This document shows, in pieces, positions 1 through 10,855 of a stretch of DNA of 37,268 bases. Each line of letters begins with the position of its first letter. Positions within the stretch are counted from its first letter, which is position 1. A program made the position numbers and the translations under genes. The DNA is from Reclinomonas americana ATCC 50394 (lineage: Eukaryota): contig PS015038.1 of NCBI GenBank assembly GCA_048213135.1, positions 158,825 through 196,092 of the forward strand. Reading direction: 5' to 3'. The notes beneath the pieces were generated by a model. It was given only the letters and a program-made list of their open reading frames with translations, made no database searches and had not been told where the DNA came from.

Positions 1-1449
1 CTCTTGGAGTTGGGCGACGAGTGACTGGCCTTGCTCGGAGTCACCTTGAGCGCACTGATGCGACTCGCCGCCAGCATTGCCGACGTCTGCGCGGCCGCGG
101 TTGGATCGTACGACCAGTGGATGAGCACGGGTGTGAGATGCTCCGCCGCCTGCATCGCCAACTCCACCGACAGGGCGCTGAACTCGGACGAGTCGTCCAC
201 GAAAATGGTAAACTGGTCGTCCTCAATGCCGACCAGCATCACGTGACCGGCCACCGTCAGCTGCGTGATACGACCGGCGATACTGTGCTCCGAGCGGCGG
301 GCCTCACGCGGCACCGGCGAGCGTCGCGAGGCCACCAGCGGCTCCGTAAAATCGACCGTCACGCGACCCACTGGCACGCAGTCGAGCCGAGCACCGGCGG
401 CGGTCACTGCCGACTTGGTGCTCGACAGATCGGCGACATCCGCCAGCAGATTCACCGCGGCACTGGCCGCCGCCGCTCGCAGCAGCAACGCAACCATCAC
501 GTGACGCGTGCGCGAGTTGGTGGTGTCGAGGCGAATCACATTGGAGCGCGACGGCTCGTCGCCCGACAGGCTCACGTGGAAGGCCGTCTTGTGCGCCAGC
601 AGGCGCACCACATGACCACACGCCATCGACGCACTCGACACGGACTCGTCACTGACACGCGAAAAAAACACACACACACTTGTCAGTCGCAGCACAGAAT
701 CGACGCATGCATGCATGCAGGTTGCGATGCCACGAACCCATACACGATGCGCTCGGGCTCGGTGACGACATACTCGACCGGCGTCGGCTTGGCCGGCCGC
801 ACATGCGACGCCCACTTGACGGCCACGGGCCAGCCCCATCGCGCCGCCTCCAGCACCAACATGGCCTGCAACACCTCCCCGCCGCATCCACTCGCTCCCC
901 TGCGCAGATCAATCGCCGAGTACTGATCCTTGCGATCGCCCTCCACTCGCACACACAGCAGCGCGCCATCGAGCAGCAGCCGTCGCACGCGTCCCTGCAC
1001 CACGCGTCGCTCCTCATCGCGCATTCCCAACGATTCCTCCGCATCGACATCGTCCTCTTCTATCTCGTCGGCATCGCCCTCGTCGGCCTGCGCTGCATAG
1101 CTCACATCGACGTACACATAGCGCACAAGCTGACTCCCGCGCGCGCGATCGCGACGATCGGTGGAGACGGGCTCACACCGCAGCGATACCTCCCAGCGAC
1201 ACTCGCCCGCCATCAGCAGCAACCGCGAGAGGAACTCATCGCGAAAGCTCAGTGGCTCTGTGCACGCGAGACAGTGAGTGAGAGAGTGAGAGTGTGAAGT
1301 GTGAGAGAGAGCTGACCGGAGAGTGGTATCTCGAAACGCGATCGTCCCTCGTGCAGACGCACAAAGAGGCTCTGCTGTGACGATGCTATGTGTGATGAGC
1401 GTGCTGCATACACACGCGACACGGTGCCAGTCGCAAACAGCGACGTCAT
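1..1449 (-). CDS. Hypothetical protein with four internal ~90-aa repeats; 3' end runs off the window
   Basis: ATG at 1449. GT-AG introns at 1258-1316 and 652-737 join three open exons in frame, with no stop before base 1. No family recognised with certainty. Confidence 0.75.
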
Positions 1450-1587
1450 GTTGCTCTCACTCTAAAAACTCTATGATTCGAGCGGCTCTCACACTCGTCG
1501 ATTCATTGGACGAACAAAAAAACACTATCAAAACAACGCCCTTCCTGGCGTGGTCTCCCTCGTCCCACTGTGCGCGCGCCACCGTTT

Positions 1588-2862
1588 TCATGTGCGCGCG
1601 CTCTGCAGCCGGCTCTCCAGTGACGAATAAAACGCTTGGTCATCCTGCACACGCGTGTTGTTCAGAAACGGGGAAATTCATGCAATGAGAATGGAACGAA
1701 CGGTCAACGTACCTCCTCGTCGTCGTCGTCGGCGGGGTTGGGAATGGCGGTGCCGGAGTCCTTGCGCGCAGAGTACCAGTGATACGAGGCGGAGCCATCG
1801 CGATCGCCTGTGTGCCATCATCGACATGAGCACGGGGACAAAAAGCAGGCTCCACAGAGCAGAGTACGTCAAGCGCAACTGATGATCTTGTGCTGCACGG
1901 CCCAGTTGAGATCGCGCTTCTGCAGGTGCTCCATGCGCGCATCGGGGGCGCCATACGACAGCATGCAAAAGTGCGCGCCAGGTCGCAGCACGCGCATCAC
2001 CTCCTTCATCATGCGCGTGGCGTTCTCCTGCGAGTCGGTGCCGCACAGCAACGCATCCAGCGTGCCCTTGTCCAGCACCAAGTCAAAGTGCTCCGACGGG
2101 AAGTCCAGCTTGCACGCATCCATCGTGTACCCTACGTACGCGCCGTGAGTAACAAGCGGAGAAATCAACACGCGGACGGCTGTCTTGCGCGTGCGCAACA
2201 TTCCATGTTGGGATGCGAGGTGCCGTAGTGCTCCCGCATCTGATCGACGACCACGCTGCTAATGTCAATGTTGATGATCTTCTCGTAGCCGAGCTCGTAC
2301 AGTGCCGCGCTCACGCCTACCAACGTCAAGGAGATGAGTCAGTAAGATAGAAGAAAGAAAGATGGGAAGAGAGAAGGGAGAGAGAGGCGGAATGGAGAGG
2401 GATAAAGAGAAGGGTAAAAAAGGGAGACGATGAGAGACAGCGGATGGAGAACAAGGGGACGTAGGTACAGAGGAGTGAAAAGAGAGATGGAAGGAGAGCG
2501 GGAAGAGAGGGAGGGGGAAAGAACAAGAGAAAGAGAGAGAGAGAGTAAGAAGGGGACGGAGATACAGAGACGAAGAAATACAGAGACGGCAAAAGAGAGA
2601 CAGAAGGAGAGGAAGAGAAGGAGAGGGAGGCACAGAGGGAGAGAAGGAGGGGCACTGCGAGTGTGCGAGTGTGAGTAAGAGAGGGGGAAGAAGACTCACG
2701 AGAATTTCCGCAGCCGACAATGAGAATGGGACTGGACTTGGAGAGACCGGCATCAAACGGCAAATGCGCCTGCAACGACGCAAACGACAGGTACCAGTCA
2801 AAGTGCGTGTCGTTGGCCGCATATCGCTGATCCCAGTACTCGGGCTTTCCGTACTCCGGCAT
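1588..2862 (-). CDS. Class I SAM-dependent methyltransferase (EEF1AKMT4/METTL13 N-domain-like)
   Basis: Motifs YGKPEYWDQRY, ILIVGCGNS, IINIDIS, FDLVLDKGTLDALLCG, RVLRPG. Introns at about 2317-2699, 2132-2199, 1808-1879 and about 1645-1712. The last exon is less certain. Confidence 0.92.
2330..2695. repeat. Polypurine (GA-rich) low-complexity tract in methyltransferase intron 1
   Basis: Almost pure A/G on the + strand for about 360 bp. Confidence 0.9.
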
Positions 2863-3205
2863 GCTAGTTCTAAACACACAATGCACAATGCACACACAAC
2901 AGAGTCAAAATCACTCACATTGCTCTCTCTCTCTTTGTTCTGTCTCTACCTGAAACGGGCTTCTGGGTGACTGGGAACGATGCGAATGCGCTGTTGTTGT
3001 TGTTGATAGTGATCAGATGCGTCCAAGATAGGCCACGTCACTCACTCACACGCAGCGAATGAAAACAAGAGTCAAGGTTGTGGAGGAGAGAGAGAGTGTG
3101 TGTGTGTGTGTAAGAGAGAGAAGAGCGCTCGGTTGTTGCTCACGCGACACACACAAACAGATGGGACGGTGTCGTTTGCAGTTGAATTTTCATCTTCTTG
3201 CACTC

Positions 3206-4608
3206 ATGTGTTGCGTGCGCGTGCGCGTTCTCTCGCGTTCTCTCTGTGTGCCTGTGAGCAGTCTCTCACTTGTGTACACCTGCAGCACTTGACATTCGTG
3301 CAAAGCGCTTTGATTATCGCGTTGATTTGGATGCTCCAGTTGCGTTTTTTATTTGTGACACCCTTTGAGAGCGCCTAAGTCGCCACCTGAGGGCGCAAAA
3401 GTCGCCGCCTGAAGGCACCTTTAGTCGCCATCTTTGCTGCTGTCATCTTGATCGTCATCGTTGCAATCAGGATCAACCCTTCAGTCCTCGCATGTCGTGT
3501 TTCTTGTCACCTTTGAACGACTAAGTTGTCACCTGATGACACCTTTTGGTCAAAACCTGAGGGCACTACAGTCGCCATCTTTGCAGCTGTCATCTTCTTT
3601 GCAATCAGCATCATCCCTTCAGTCCTCGCATGTCGTGTTTTCTTGTCACCTTCGAACGCCTAAGTTGTCACCTAATGCGCCACCTTTGAACGCCTTTGAC
3701 ACCACGTTTGCAGCTGTCATCTTGATCGTCATCTTTGCATTCAGGATCGCCTTTGTCTCGTCCATCGCTCCTCTTGCCACTTTCCTTCTTCCGCCGCCTT
3801 TGCAGCCACACCTCCAGTTGTCACCCTTGATATATCATCTCTTGCCATCGTCCCTTGTCTCGCTCCGTCTCCTTCACTGCTTTCGAGTTGTCACCAGTCT
3901 GCAGTTGTCGCTCATTCCTCGGAGTTTTTCCCTCGTCAGTCTCTGGAGAACACGCATGCGTCGCCGTTTGCGCAGTTCAAACAGTGGTTTCAGCAGTGCG
4001 TGGATGCCGGGGTGAGTGATCCGGCGGCCACGTGCTTGGCCACTGCGGACGAGGCGGGGCGACCGTCGGCGCGCATGGTGCTGCTGAAGGAGATGCAGGA
4101 TGGGCGCGGTTTTGTGTTTTTCACCAACTGGGCCAGCCGCAAGGGCGCGCAGTTGCGTGCGAATCCGCACGCGTCCATGTGCTTCTATTGGGGTGATGTG
4201 CACCGGTCGGTGCGGGTGGAGGGCGTGGTGGAGCAGGTCGACGAGACCGAGTCGGAGGAGTACTTTCAGTTGAGATGTGCTTTCTCTCCCCCACGACAGT
4301 CCACTTGTGTGGGTGACTGATGGCTGGTGCACAGCATGAGACCGCGCGCATCGCAGCTCGGAGCCATTGCGTCGCACCAGTCGCAACCGCTCGAGTCGTA
4401 CGAGGTGCTGCGAGAGCGTGTGCAGGAGCTGGAGCGCGAGTTCGAGGGTCGCGATCCACCGCGACCGGCGACCTGGGGTGGCGGGCGGCTGGTGCCCACC
4501 CGCGTGGAGTTTTGGCAGGGCGACGAGTCGCGACTGCATCACCGCGTAGAGTACGTGCGAGACTCGGTGCACGACGAGGAGTGGAGGCGACAGCTGCTGA
4601 ACCCGTGA
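3206..4608 (+). CDS. PNPO: Pyridoxine/pyridoxamine 5'-phosphate oxidase
   Basis: Exons 3206-3209, 3286-3338, 3940-4268 and 4335-4608 give MSLDIRAKRFDY...SPFAQFKQWF...GRPSARMVLLK...FFTNWASRKG...RPRASQLGA...EFWQG..SRLHHR...LLNP, matching PdxH motifs. The two 5' exons are inferred from frame and motif. Confidence 0.93.
3423..3750. repeat. Degenerate ~140-147 bp tandem repeat (about 2.3 copies) in PNPO intron 2
   Basis: agtcgccatctttgc at 3423 and 3570; tcagtcctcgcatgtcgtgtt at 3481 and 3619; third partial copy near 3706. Confidence 0.85.
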
Positions 4609-4684
4609 TTGAAAACACAATGTGCCATTGCTGCAATGATGATTTTTCACTCCCACCTTCCTTCGAATTCACCCACCCCTTTCC

Positions 4685-7600
4685 TCATTGTGACAACCGC
4701 ACACTCTGCAACTCCTGCTGCATGTCGGTGACCAATCGGAGCGAATCGCCAACGTTCTTGCGCACACCCGACTGCAGCTTGTCCAACTGCGACTCGGTCA
4801 CCACGCCGCCAATGACCTCTTCGCAGGCGGCGATCTGGCCGCTCACCAAGGCCGCCGCCGACTCGCGCAAATGCGTCAGCTGCCGGTCGGCAGTGGCGCA
4901 AAACTCTCGCAGTGCACCCAACGTCAGCGCCGCCGCCTTGCTCGTCTCACCACGCCACACTGCCACACCAGCGCTGGCGTCGGCAGCCGGCGACAGTTCA
5001 GCCCATGAGCCGGCCACTGTGCAGGAGAGAGAAAAAGGTGAGCACCGACGCAGTGCATTCAGGGGGCGCACGACAAAACTGACCTGCTTCCGCGCCGCCC
5101 TTGCCCTTCTTGCCGCCCTTGTTCTTGTTGCCCGCCGAACCCAACGCCACATCCCACACCGTGGGCAGCAGCAACACGGCCCACGACAATTGGTCCGCCA
5201 GCACCGGAGCCACCGTCGGCAACACGTGCCACACCTGCGGGTGTGTGCCGTGAGAAGCCTGTGCGAGAGAGAAACCACTAGAAGGCAGCAACAAACCGGC
5301 TGTCCAGGCCGGCCCAGGAAGTCACTGTAATCCGTCAGCAGCTCGCGGCAGCGCAGAGCCACCGTCACCACGGCGTTGCGCACTTGCAGCGCCGACTGCT
5401 CCTCCGAGGCTTGCACCAGGCGCGATGCCGCCACATCGTGCGCGGCTGCAATGATCGACAAGAAGAAGGTCCAGTCACGCGACTGCCGCTCGCTGACTGA
5501 TGCCTCGGCCAGCGCCGCCTCCACCGCCTGTCGCGCCTGCTGCAGTGCCTCGAGCGCACTCGGAGGTGGTGCGGCAGCACTTGAGCCTGCACACACAGTC
5601 AGTCACCACCAAATAGTGTACACCGTTGTGCAAGCAACGCAACTGGCTCCTTCGTCGACCGACGCGGAAGCCGCCGCACTGCCCTTGCCCTTCTTGCCCT
5701 TCTTTCCGCCACCACCGCCACCACCGCCACCTGCTGGCTTCTTCTCTGCGGCCGCTAACAGCGCCGCCAAGGTGTGCATCAGCAGCACCGACACCGCCGC
5801 TCGCAGACGAATGATGCGCGCTTGTGGTTCGACGGACGCACGCGCGGCCTCCGGCACCAAAAATTTGTGCATCGACAGAGCCTCCACGTCGGTGGGCTCG
5901 TACAAATCAAAAACACTGCGCATCAGGGGTGTCAGCACAACGATACGAGAATGAGTGGCACAGCACACACAATACACAACGTAATGTCAGGCTTGTGCAC
6001 GAGACCATTGCCAAACTCTGCGGATTGCAACCGGGCCACCAACTGGTGATCAATGTTGTTCTGCAGGTACTTGAGTGCGTCCTGCGGTGTCTGCGCATTC
6101 GTGTGCAAATCCACAAGCACCTGCGTGACCGCGCACAGAGTGAGAACACACACACACATCAACTTGTAGGTCATCCATGATGCTGACAACTTACTTTGTC
6201 TACGCGTGCGCCGACGCGCAGTGCGCTCATCTCCAGCCGGTGCTTGAAGCGCGCCATCTCCACCACCTTGGAGTAGGAGCCGGTCGTGAAAGGGAACATG
6301 ATGACTTCGGGGTTCGACTCGTTGTAGTGCTGACGGTGGAATTTCTGCGCGAGAGGCACAAAGATTGAGCACCAGGCAAATACTTCGGAGGAAAGGAGAC
6401 GAGACGAGACCTCCAACTTCTCGTACAGTCCCTGCAACGATGACAGCGCGCCGTACGCCTGCAAGTCGTACGTCACCAGGAAACCGAGTGATTCGCGCTG
6501 CAGGTTCTTCACATCGAGGTCTTTGTAGGCCTCCACCGCCGCCGCCGTGGCACCGAGATGCACGTACAGGCGCAGAAGGAGCAGGCGGAACTGGAAAAAG
6601 TTGGACGAGCGCGCCACACCGGCCTCCAGTGCCGCAATCGCCACCAGCAGAGGCCGCAGATCGTCCTGTTGTCACAATCAGGCACGGCGGACAACACCAA
6701 ACTCGGTGTACACACACAAACCGGCGACTTCATGTAGGCGTCGACGCACGACAGGGCCGCCAGCAACAAGAACTCGTCTCCGTACTGGAACTCGCGTGCA
6801 TCTTTGCGGTACCTCTCCAGTGGCACCAGACTCAAGTACCGCTCGTAGTAGTCTCGAGCCATCGCCAAGTCATCGTCGCGCGAGACGCTGAGTTTGTTGC
6901 GTGAGTACCGTCGCAGCTGCTCGATGCACTTGAGCCGCTGCACGTGCTTCAGGAAGGTGGCACGCACGGCGCCCGGGTCATCGGCTGTGGTCTCCAGTGC
7001 CTCTTCCTGCAGAGGTTGGGGAGTTTGTGAGCACGCAGAATGAAAGAAGTGGGCGCATCAACACGCCCGTACCCGCGTTGGCGATGTCGGCACCGTGGAA
7101 CGCATGCGGTCCAGCAGCTGCGCGACGGCCTCGGCACCAGGCAGACCTGGTGTCCATTTGATGATGGTGAGGTATAAATCATGGCGCAATCAACTCTTCG
7201 ACATGCGCGCACCAACGTCGAGCTCCAGCAGCGCTGACGTGGAGTACGGGCTCATGTCCAAGAAGCACGATGGCTTGTCGCCAAATGTGCCAAAGTACGA
7301 GCCGAGGAGCTCACTCAATCGCTTCTCGCGAATCACGGCCTCCCCGGCAACCGGCAGGTCGCCACGGAGCACGCGCGCTTTCAACTCGATCTCGGCCAGG
7401 AACGGTCCACGCAGCGGGAGAGGCTTGCCCCTCTGCGCCTCCTGCAACTCGCGCAGCAACTCACACACGGCAGCCACAGTGGTGCACACGGGAAGCGCGA
7501 CACCACTCGATCCCGATGCATCACCAGCTGCGCCGAGGTAAATGAGTTACACGAGAATATCGAAAGTGAGTCGGAGAGTGAGCGCACCTGCAGCGGGTGC

Positions 7601-8725
7601 AACGGGAGACTTGGACGGTGGCGTGCCCACCGGCGTCAACGCATGTGGCGGCATGGCAAAGTTCACCATGTCCACACTGACAGTCGCTGCTGGATCGGCT
7701 GTCGACAAGAGAAAATGAGCCGGGGAAGAAAAGAAACAGCCTGCTGCCTGCTTCCACCCACCTCCGGCCGCCGACTCGTGCAACACAGGCAGCGAATCGA
7801 GCAGTGCCATGTGCGTCATCCAGTCGTCGGCATCGATGCACCGCAAGTACAGCACGAAACACGCATTGGCACGCAGGATATCGCCGGTCTTGCGATACAG
7901 GAACGCCAGATCCCGCACACGATCGGCATTGACGCGGAAGAGCGCACCGAGTGGTCCACGCAGCACTTCGGCGGCCTCGGCAGTTTTGCCCAGTCGCTCG
8001 AGAATATCGACATGCAAGCGCACCTGCTCATCCGTGGTCATCCCATTCGACGTGACAAGTCGTGTCATGAATCGCTCCGCCAGCTCCAACAGCCGCTTCT
8101 CCGCCCCGAACTCAACCTGCAGCAGCACCGACGATGCCGTCCACAACAAGTACTGCATGCACCTCTCGATTGAGCGATGATCCACTGACAAGGAGACTTC
8201 TCAACAGGAATACAGGCTTGCCTTGTTCGTGTCAGTCCACTTGCGGAACAAATCAAATGCCGTCTGCTGCGCCTCCAAGAAGCGCGACTGTGACACATGC
8301 AAGGAGAAGAGTCCCTCGCCCAAGTCGCGATCATGCGGAGCTGCAGTGTACGCGCAATCGTACAGCTCCGCCACGCGCTCCCTCCGATCCAACACCTTGT
8401 ACACTTCGGTCAGAATGCGCAGCACACTGGCCAGAGTCGGAGACTCGGCCGACACCTCCTCTGCCAGCAGCAGAGCCTCTTCCTGCACACAGACACACAC
8501 ACAAGCGCGTGTCACACACAGTGGCGGAGAGAGTGCGACATGCAAGACATGGCGCACCCGCGAATCCTGCTTGCTGAGGCAGAGTGCCTTCAGAGCGCGC
8601 AGGTTCTGACTGGAGCGCTGCTTGCTCAGCGCCGACTGGATCTGCTTGAGAGCGCCGCGAGTGTCGCGCCTGTCAATGAGGTCGGTGATTTGCCGAATGC
8701 GATGAAAGTCGGGCTCGTTCATCAT
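4685..8725 (-). CDS. NAA25: NatB N-terminal acetyltransferase auxiliary subunit (NAA25/MDM20 family)
   Basis: N-terminal TPR-like helices, LRGPFLAEIEL, YFGTFGDKPSCFLDM, SSNFFQFRLLLLRLY, YKDLDVKNLQRESLG, GSYSKVVEM. 13 introns reconstructed, one of them GC-AG. Confidence 0.88.
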
Positions 8726-8866
8726 GGTTGTGCAAGGTGCAAGCTGCAAGCGTGCACACTGCCTCCAGTCGCACAACGAAGGCAACACTGACGATTGAAG
8801 GACAACATGATTGCAATACTTCGTGACGTTCAATCACGAGACAACAGACGTCGTCTGCATGCGTCT

Positions 8867-9706
8867 CTATGTACGCAGATAGGAGGCACCGTTGACATCG
8901 AGCACAGCTCCGGTCATGGCCGGTGGCGCATCCAGTGCGCAAAAGACGGTGGCGGTGGCGACCTCTTCCGGCTCGGTGACTCGTCCGAGCGGATGCTGCG
9001 CGGCGACTTCGGCGGAACCCAACGCCAGCAGACTCGCGGTCGCCATGTCGGTGTTGACCCAGCCTGGGGCCACGCAGTACACGCGGACGCCGTGCGGTGC
9101 CAGGGCCTTGGCCATGGACTGCGACAGGGAATTCAGCGCGGCTTTGCTGGCACCGTAGGCCGGGGCCGTGGGCTCGCCACGGAAGGCTCCTCGGGAGGAG
9201 ATGTTGACAACGGAACCGCCCGTGCCACTGCTGACCATGGACTGCGCGGCCAGCAGAGACAAGTCGGCCGGGGCGCGAATGTTGGTGGCCAGGATCGAGT
9301 CCCACGCCTGTCGCCACGCGTGCAAGCCGGTCTCTAATGGCGGGTGGTCCTCGTAGATGCCGGCGTTGTTGATGAGAATGGTGGGCGGGCGACCGAGTCG
9401 CTCACACGCGTCCTTCCACAGCTGCGCGACGGCGTCGGGTCGGCCGAGATCGCACGGAGGCAAAATCACGTGCCCCGTGCCCTGCAACTCCGACGCCGTC
9501 TGCTCCGCCGCCACTCGGTTGCTGCAGTAGTGCAGGGCGACCTGCACTCCGCGGGCGGCAAGCTGCTGCGCGACGCAGCGGCCGATGCCTCGAGAGGCGC
9601 CTGTAACCAGTGCAGCTTGGCCACTGCTGCTGCTGTCGATTGCTGATGCAGTGTCAGCCAATGCACGCATGCATGCGTGTGGTGTGAAAGCAACCTCGCG
9701 CAACAT
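8867..9706 (-). CDS. Classical short-chain dehydrogenase/reductase (FabG-like); true start may be upstream at 9924
   Basis: VTGASRGIG, LINNAGI, NISS, YGASK, VAPGWVNTDM, DVNGASYLRT. The catalytic body has no introns. Confidence 0.92.
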   Translation of the reverse strand: MLREVAFTPHACMRALADTASAIDSSSSGQAALVTGASRGIGRCVAQQLAARGVQVALHYCSNRVAAEQTASELQGTGHVILPPCDLGRPDAVAQLWKDACERLGRPPTILINNAGIYEDHPPLETGLHAWRQAWDSILATNIRAPADLSLLAAQSMVSSGTGGSVVNISSRGAFRGEPTAPAYGASKAALNSLSQSMAKALAPHGVRVYCVAPGWVNTDMATASLLALGSAEVAAQHPLGRVTEPEEVATATVFCALDAPPAMTGAVLDVNGASYLRT

Positions 9707-10297
9707 CTCGGTGCTGGGGGAGAGTAGCTGCTGGGAGGTGGCGATGGTGATTGTGGTGGTGGAGATTGGTGGAAGAATGCAGAGAGGAGCGGGAAGAGGA
9801 GTGCTGCGGCGGCGGCGGCGCGCACCAGATCGTCGGCGTTCAACACCAGCTCAACAGCGAATGAGGACTTGAACACAGGCTCGTCGCGTGGGGCCAAAAG
9901 GCCTGGCGACTGCGCCGAGCCCATGCTGCAATGAAAATGTCCTACTTCGCTCATCGATTGAATGACTTCGCGTGCACACGTTCATTAAAGCATTACACCA
10001 CCCACCCACCCATCACCGCCGCTGTCCCCTTGTGTGCTACAGTGCGCAGTCTCACAAGCCTGGCTGATTCGACACAGCTCGCTCGCTCGCTCGCTTTCTC
10101 CTGCATCGGCCTTCTTGGCTGGCTTTCTCATCAACAACATCTCCTTTTCCACCAGCTGCTGATGCTCTCGATCTCCTCCTCCTCCTCCTGCTGCTGCTGG
10201 TCGATTCTTATTGTGTTTTTCTTTGTATAACAATCGAGGCAAAAAGTATTCAAACCACATCAACAATAGCAACTCGCGCACATTCTACACAGCAATC

Positions 10298-10440
10298 TCA
10301 ACAACAACAAACAGCAATAAACAACAACAACAACAACAACAATAGCTGGCATCGACTGGTCGACAAACTAGCGCTCACAAGCGCGGCTGATCATCCTCCT
10401 CATGCTCCTCACGCTCCACGATCATCATCATCATCATCAC
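10298..10440. repeat. (CAA)n and (CAT)n microsatellites
   Basis: caacaacaa runs at about 10300-10342; catcatcat run at about 10420-10440. Confidence 0.8.
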
Positions 10441-10542
10441 CTCACACTTCCTCCTCAAATCATTCTGTCATTTCGCTGCTGTTGCTGCTGTGTTTTTCTG
10501 TGTGCGTACCGGCTGCACCACCAACTGAGGAAGGGAAGACAT

Positions 10543-10855
10543 NNNNNNNNNNNNNNNNNNNNNNNNNNNNNNNNNNNNNNNNNNNNNNNNNNNNNNNNNN
10601 NNNNNNNNNNNNNNNNNNNNNNNNNNNNNNNNNNNNNNNNNNNNNNNNNNNNNNNNNNNNNNNNNNNNNNNNNNNNNNNNNNNNNNNNNNNNNNNNNNNN
10701 NNNNNNNNNNNNNNNNNNNNNNNNNNNNNNNNNNNNNNNNNNNNNNNNNNNNNNNNNNNNNNNNNNNNNNNNNNNNNNNNNNNNNNNNNNNNNNNNNNNN
10801 NNNNNNNNNNNNNNNNNNNNNNNNNNNNNNNNNNNNNNNNNNNNNNNNNNNNNNN
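10543..10855. other. Assembly gap (other gaps at 29476-29495, 30200-30219, 35708-35727, 36152-36171, 36405-36896)
   Basis: Runs of N. Confidence 1.

Noticed and set aside
3376-3750. CRISPR-like repeat-spacer array
   Set aside because: The repeats are degenerate, the intervening sequences are themselves repeated, the context is a eukaryotic intron, and there are no cas genes.
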